This document shows positions 15,795 through 19,856 of a stretch of DNA of 19,856 nt, piece by piece (position 1 is the first letter of the stretch; every line of letters begins with the position of its first letter). Source of the DNA: an uncultured Verrucomicrobiales bacterium (GTDB lineage Bacteria > Verrucomicrobiota > Verrucomicrobiia > Verrucomicrobiales > DEV007); the NCBI GenBank assembly GCA_938091905.1, contig CALKOM010000016.1, positions 1-19,856 on the forward strand. The letters run 5' to 3'. The notes below the pieces were generated by a model. That model searched no databases and had not been told where the DNA came from. It saw only the letters and a list, made by a program, of their open reading frames with translations. The position numbers and the translations under genes are program-made.

Positions 15795-18700
15795 CTAGCG
15801 GACCGGTTCCAAACGGATGGTACGGAGGTCAATCAATTCTCCTTCAAGTTCACCCGCGGAACGCATGAGGATGCGGTTGGAGCCTTTGTTTAGATCTAAC
15901 ACACCAGCGTCCTTCTCGACGAACTTGTCGAAGCCACCCGTGCTAACAACCTCACCCTCCAGCGAACCGGCATCGGACTCTAGCCGCCAGGTGTTTCCAG
16001 AGTTCGTGTCGTCCATAGCATAGTGAAGGTCTACGTGGTAACGGCCGGCTGCAGGGACGTCGATCAACCATAGGGCGGCATCACTCTCGTTGGTCCAAGG
16101 GCCAAGAATGTCGAGGTCCTGGTGATAGCGCAATCGTTCGGCGAAGAGTTTGGCGGATTTGGCAGAGAGAATGAACTCACCTTTCTCGTTAGGGTGAATG
16201 GGCGCTAATGTTGGTGCTGCGGCCTTGCCCGCTAGTTCCGAAGCCGTCCAGGGGAACTTGCGATCCGCAGAGGCTTGGCGCTCAGCGACCATGAACTCAG
16301 GGGCTATCGGATCGGCTGTGTTTCCCCAGGCGCGCCGGATATACGTCAGGATGGCGGCCAGATCTTCATCGTTAACTACCCCTGAGCTTCCGATCCCTGG
16401 CATGTGTAGATTCCATTCCTCGCCATTCACTTCAATGGGGCCAACCAAGCCGCGCAGAACAACCTGGGCGAGGCGTTGGGAAGAACCGGTAACCCATTCG
16501 CTTCCCGCCAGGCGCGGGGCCACGCCTGGCGTACCCAGGCCGTGCGTTTGGTGGCAGGACGCGCACAACACGGTGTACTTCTCGGCACCGAGCTTGGCAC
16601 GTTCAATCTCGTCCTCAGCGAGTGATTCGTAATTCACGGCTGGCGCGATTGGCGTGCCTTCGGTGTTGCCAATCTCAATGAGCTTAGTCAGGTCGCGGAT
16701 GAAGGCTTCGCGCACGTCATCGGGTACGGAGGCAATGGGCTGCATGGCCACTTCGAGACAAGCCGCCTCACGGCCAGCGAGACCTGTTAGAGCAGCCGTT
16801 CGCCCAAGAGCATCGGTTTGTTTGGCGAGCAGTTTTAGCAAGAGCTGATAGTGACTCGGCTCTGACGCGGCCGCACTCAGGGTGACCAGGACTTGTTGAA
16901 TGACGATGGGATTTGATTCACTCCGTAGAAGCGCAATCTCTTCTGCCACGCTTTCATGCCCCATCTTGTCCATCAGCCGTAGTGCAGTTGCCCGAACGCC
17001 AGGGTCCTCGTGGCGAACCGCCTGGGTGAGGCTTGGCCAGTCGAGGGCGTCCAGCCCTTCAAGAGTCCACAAAGCATGCAGGCAGCCAAGGTGAGATTCG
17101 CCCTCGCGAATGAGAGCCTTGAGCGCAGGCACGGATTCGGTGCTTCCCTCGTCGACGAGCAGGCGCTGGGCGGTATCTCGCCGCCAGCCGTTGGGGTGGG
17201 CCAACACGCTAACAAGTCCCTCAGAAGCCAATTCCGACAACCTGGGCGATTCGTAGGAAATAGGTTTCTCGGTCGACACGATGCGCCAGATACGGCCCAT
17301 GTCGTTTCCTGTTAGGAGATTGCGTGCTTTCACCTGATCGCTGATCCAGGGAACGAGGAAGATGACGTGTTCGATCATGCCCTTGTACATGTCTGCGATG
17401 TAGAGAGCTCCGCCGGGTCCGGTGCGGGCATTGATAGGGCGGAAACGTTCGTCGGTAGAAGCGAGGAGTTCCTGACCTGCCGGATAGAAACGTTTCGTCT
17501 TTGGGGTAAGCCCTTCTTCCAAGACAAGTCGTCCAATGAGATGGCCACCGGCTTCGGGGACAAACAGATTTCCCTGGGCTTCTGCGGGAAACTGATCGCC
17601 CCGATAGACGCACGTGCCAGAGGCGATGGTGTAAGTGCGTAGCGTACCATCGTCACGCAGCTCGAGGCCACCCAGTGTGATCTGCGGCGTGGGCCGGATA
17701 GGAAAGACTTCCTGAGCCGGGCCGGAGATCACGGCGCCGACGCCGAGCCTTCCACGGCCTCCCGTCTGGTCTGCGAGTTTTAGAAGGCCTGGGTGACGAC
17801 GGGCGTATTCTTCAGGCAGGAAATCCATCATCGCAGCCGTGCTCTCGCGACAGGTGTAAAACCGCCCAAGATCATCAAAGCTCACGCCGAACTGGCCGCG
17901 GTGAATCGAGTCTTCTTCGATCAGTTTCCCATTCTTGAAACGATGACGCTTTCCCCAATCAGCGTTGTGCAACCAGTTGTCGATGCCACGCCTGAGGCCG
18001 TTGGCCGTGTGTTGAGGATTCCCGGCCACGCCATAGCTTCCTACTTTGCGACGGCGATCACAGACAAGATCGCCGTCTTGATCCTGACAGTACCAAAGGT
18101 GAGGAGGTTCTGCCAGAAGCACCCCACCTTCGACAAAGGCAAAGCTGCGTGGCATGACGAGACCATCGAGGTAGGTGGTGCTTTTGTCAGCGCGACCGTC
18201 GGCATCGGTGTCCTCCAACACGACCATGCGGCAAATCGGATCGGCTTCGCCATTTCCAGCAAGATCGCGCATGTAGCCACGATACTCCAGCACCCAAATC
18301 CGCCCATCGGCATCAAACTCAAAGAACACAGGGTCGGCGATCATGGGGTCCGCGGCGACAAGTTCGACCCGGTAGCCAGGTGCCACTTTGAAAGTCTTCA
18401 GTTGCTCCTCGGGCGAAAGAGGTGGCGCCGGTGGAATGTCCATATTCTCAAAGATCTTCTCACCACGTTTCCAATCGGCCCAGCCATGCAAGGCTGACGG
18501 CGGGCGAATGGCTGGGCGCTCTTCGGGCACACTTCCCGTCTTTGCAGGCTCGATGGTGGGCGTCTCTGGTGTCTGGCCCGAGAGACGGTTGATGACGTTG
18601 CGGGTGATGCGATCAACATGATTGTCAGGGTCCTGTCCACCGCAGTCAAATTGAATTTGGAAACCGTCCTCGTCCACACGCGCAATCTGAAAGCCCATGA

Positions 18701-19856
18701 TATCGGAGAAACTCTCGTCCAAATTGTCGTAGATCATGGTTAGGGAATCTTCCATACCAGAAAGGCGAACGGTGGCGCGGGCGTAGTTCCCGGCCTGCTG
18801 CGACGTGGCTCTCACCCACTCAGTATGGCTTCCTCCGGTGGCAATGAAGGATTCGTTGCCTAACTGATCGAGGTTGACGCCAATGGACCACGCATAGCGC
18901 TGCGACTCGTCAGCAGCGAAGTGGCGGAGGAGAGCGAAGACTTCGTAGGTGCCTTCTGGCAATCCCTTCACACGCACGCCGGCCTGTTCCCGTGGCACGC
19001 CACTACTGTAGAGCATGTCATTCATGAGGGTGTTGTTGCCCACGCCGGCTGAAGCACTGGCATTCACATAACTAGTTTGCGGCACCTTTCCCCAATTCTC
19101 AATCGGTGCATTTGCTTCGGCGGCACCAAACTCAATGATGACTTGGTGGGGAAGCGGTTTGCCGTGTTCATCGACTACTCGTCCGGTGTAGTGGCTGTGA
19201 AGGACATTCCAGGTTCCGCCTTCGAAGACTCCAGTGGCATGCCCTGGTCCGAGTGCGCCAGAGGCATTGGCAAGGGTATTCGCACCGCTACTAGCATTCG
19301 CAGCACCAAGGCCATGCGCCCAATCGGTGGTCGCCGCGGTGAACACCGTGCCGCCACCAGGCACGGTGTAGATGCCCATGGTACCGTGTTCGTGTTCTTT
19401 CTTCTTCCATAGTTCGTGTGCGGGCTCGTACCATCCGAGATCGCCTTCCCCCCAACGAGCCGGTGCCGTTGCTAGGATGGTGAAGTTCTTTGGCGTGCCA
19501 TCGTTGCCGGTAGGAACAGGCCGTCCATCGACCATGGTGAACTCACAACCGTCACATTCGTAACCGACGATGGTACTCGCCCCGCCAAACGGCATCCCTT
19601 CTAACAATCTGGTGCCCTCAAAGACCCAATGATTGGGGCGATGCACTTGATAGGCTCCTGAACCGTTCGGAATACCATCACGAAAGCGATGGAATCCGCC
19701 GCGCAGAAAGCCAACGCCAGTGAGTTGGTTCTCTGGACGTTTCACCAAGTGATGACTCCAAAGCGTGCTGAGCAACGGATGTCCATCAGCTCTGTAGAGT
19801 GGGTCCTGCGTGTATGCTTCTTTCCAACACACCAAGTCGTTGCCATCATCCTCGCT
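15795..19856 (-). CDS. 5'-truncated multidomain protein: N,N-dimethylformamidase large-subunit-like (DUF6605-like) domain with internal insert + Pro-rich linker + PVC-type beta-propeller + HEAT repeats + cytochrome c + C-terminal CBM-like domain
   Basis: The frame is open to the window edge (SEDDGNDLVCWK...), so the true start is outside. DMFase-like motifs: LVCWK..DP, RPENQLTGVGF..GG, YQVHRPNHWVFEGT.L..G..FG...IVGYECDG, GTPKNFTILA, GTVFTAATTDWAHGL, VDRITRNVINRLS. The propeller starts near 18434 (PPLSPEEQLKTFKVAPGYRVELVAADP, LEDTDADGRADK, STDERFRP, GPGGALYIADMYKG, GRIWRIV). HEAT motifs: HPNGWRRDTAQRLL, HALWTLEGL. CASCH at 16565-16551 with distal Met in HMPG (16403). The C-terminal ~135 aa form a beta-sandwich (GPWTN..D.A.W.IDVPAAGRYHV.L.YA, STGGFDKF). 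Confidence 0.88.
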   Translation of the reverse strand, partial: SEDDGNDLVCWKEAYTQDPLYRADGHPLLSTLWSHHLVKRPENQLTGVGFLRGGFHRFRDGIPNGSGAYQVHRPNHWVFEGTRLLEGMPFGGASTIVGYECDGCEFTMVDGRPVPTGNDGTPKNFTILATAPARWGEGDLGWYEPAHELWKKKEHEHGTMGIYTVPGGGTVFTAATTDWAHGLGAANASSGANTLANASGALGPGHATGVFEGGTWNVLHSHYTGRVVDEHGKPLPHQVIIEFGAAEANAPIENWGKVPQTSYVNASASAGVGNNTLMNDMLYSSGVPREQAGVRVKGLPEGTYEVFALLRHFAADESQRYAWSIGVNLDQLGNESFIATGGSHTEWVRATSQQAGNYARATVRLSGMEDSLTMIYDNLDESFSDIMGFQIARVDEDGFQIQFDCGGQDPDNHVDRITRNVINRLSGQTPETPTIEPAKTGSVPEERPAIRPPSALHGWADWKRGEKIFENMDIPPAPPLSPEEQLKTFKVAPGYRVELVAADPMIADPVFFEFDADGRIWVLEYRGYMRDLAGNGEADPICRMVVLEDTDADGRADKSTTYLDGLVMPRSFAFVEGGVLLAEPPHLWYCQDQDGDLVCDRRRKVGSYGVAGNPQHTANGLRRGIDNWLHNADWGKRHRFKNGKLIEEDSIHRGQFGVSFDDLGRFYTCRESTAAMMDFLPEEYARRHPGLLKLADQTGGRGRLGVGAVISGPAQEVFPIRPTPQITLGGLELRDDGTLRTYTIASGTCVYRGDQFPAEAQGNLFVPEAGGHLIGRLVLEEGLTPKTKRFYPAGQELLASTDERFRPINARTGPGGALYIADMYKGMIEHVIFLVPWISDQVKARNLLTGNDMGRIWRIVSTEKPISYESPRLSELASEGLVSVLAHPNGWRRDTAQRLLVDEGSTESVPALKALIREGESHLGCLHALWTLEGLDALDWPSLTQAVRHEDPGVRATALRLMDKMGHESVAEEIALLRSESNPIVIQQVLVTLSAAASEPSHYQLLLKLLAKQTDALGRTAALTGLAGREAACLEVAMQPIASVPDDVREAFIRDLTKLIEIGNTEGTPIAPAVNYESLAEDEIERAKLGAEKYTVLCASCHQTHGLGTPGVAPRLAGSEWVTGSSQRLAQVVLRGLVGPIEVNGEEWNLHMPGIGSSGVVNDEDLAAILTYIRRAWGNTADPIAPEFMVAERQASADRKFPWTASELAGKAAAPTLAPIHPNEKGEFILSAKSAKLFAERLRYHQDLDILGPWTNESDAALWLIDVPAAGRYHVDLHYAMDDTNSGNTWRLESDAGSLEGEVVSTGGFDKFVEKDAGVLDLNKGSNRILMRSAGELEGELIDLRTIRLEPVR

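Noticed and set aside
17793..18497. 234-aa antisense ORF and the many other short antisense or alternate-frame ORFs
   Set aside because: They lie opposite or within well-supported genes, as expected in GC-rich coding DNA, and show no family motifs.
1..19856. CRISPR arrays, tRNA/rRNA, transposases, integrases, or DUF1549/DUF1553 partners of DUF1501
   Set aside because: I saw no regularly spaced repeats, cloverleaf or rRNA signatures, or recombinase motifs. No DUF1549/DUF1553 partner is present in the window.

Overview
Gene-dense bacterial window whose protein families (DUF1501, two PVC-type beta-propeller/HEAT/CxxCH cytochrome proteins, a sulfatase, a Tat-type Gfo/Idh/MocA oxidoreductase) point to Verrucomicrobiota or Planctomycetota. 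This taxonomy is an inference. The + strand carries nine co-oriented genes: DUF1501 protein, stand-alone CBM6-like protein, ThuA-propeller-cytochrome c protein, SnoaL/NTF2-like protein, YciI-family protein, TMEM43-TerB fusion, arylsulfatase, alpha/beta hydrolase and a tandem double esterase. They are followed by a disrupted - strand Gfo/Idh/MocA oxidoreductase, a divergent secreted CE7-like esterase, and a - strand multidomain gene of more than 1350 aa that runs off the right edge. That gene joins an N,N-dimethylformamidase-large-subunit-like domain, interrupted by a ~220-aa inserted beta-rich domain, to a PVC propeller/HEAT/cytochrome c/CBM-like module. The most notable items are this DMFase-cytochrome fusion and its nested insert, the TMEM43-TerB fusion with an SD-occluding two-hairpin leader, and the oxidoreductase lesions, including a TCC-TGA-T +1 junction. 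I recognised no rRNA, tRNA, CRISPR array or mobile element. All family calls come from motif recognition by eye, not from database searches.
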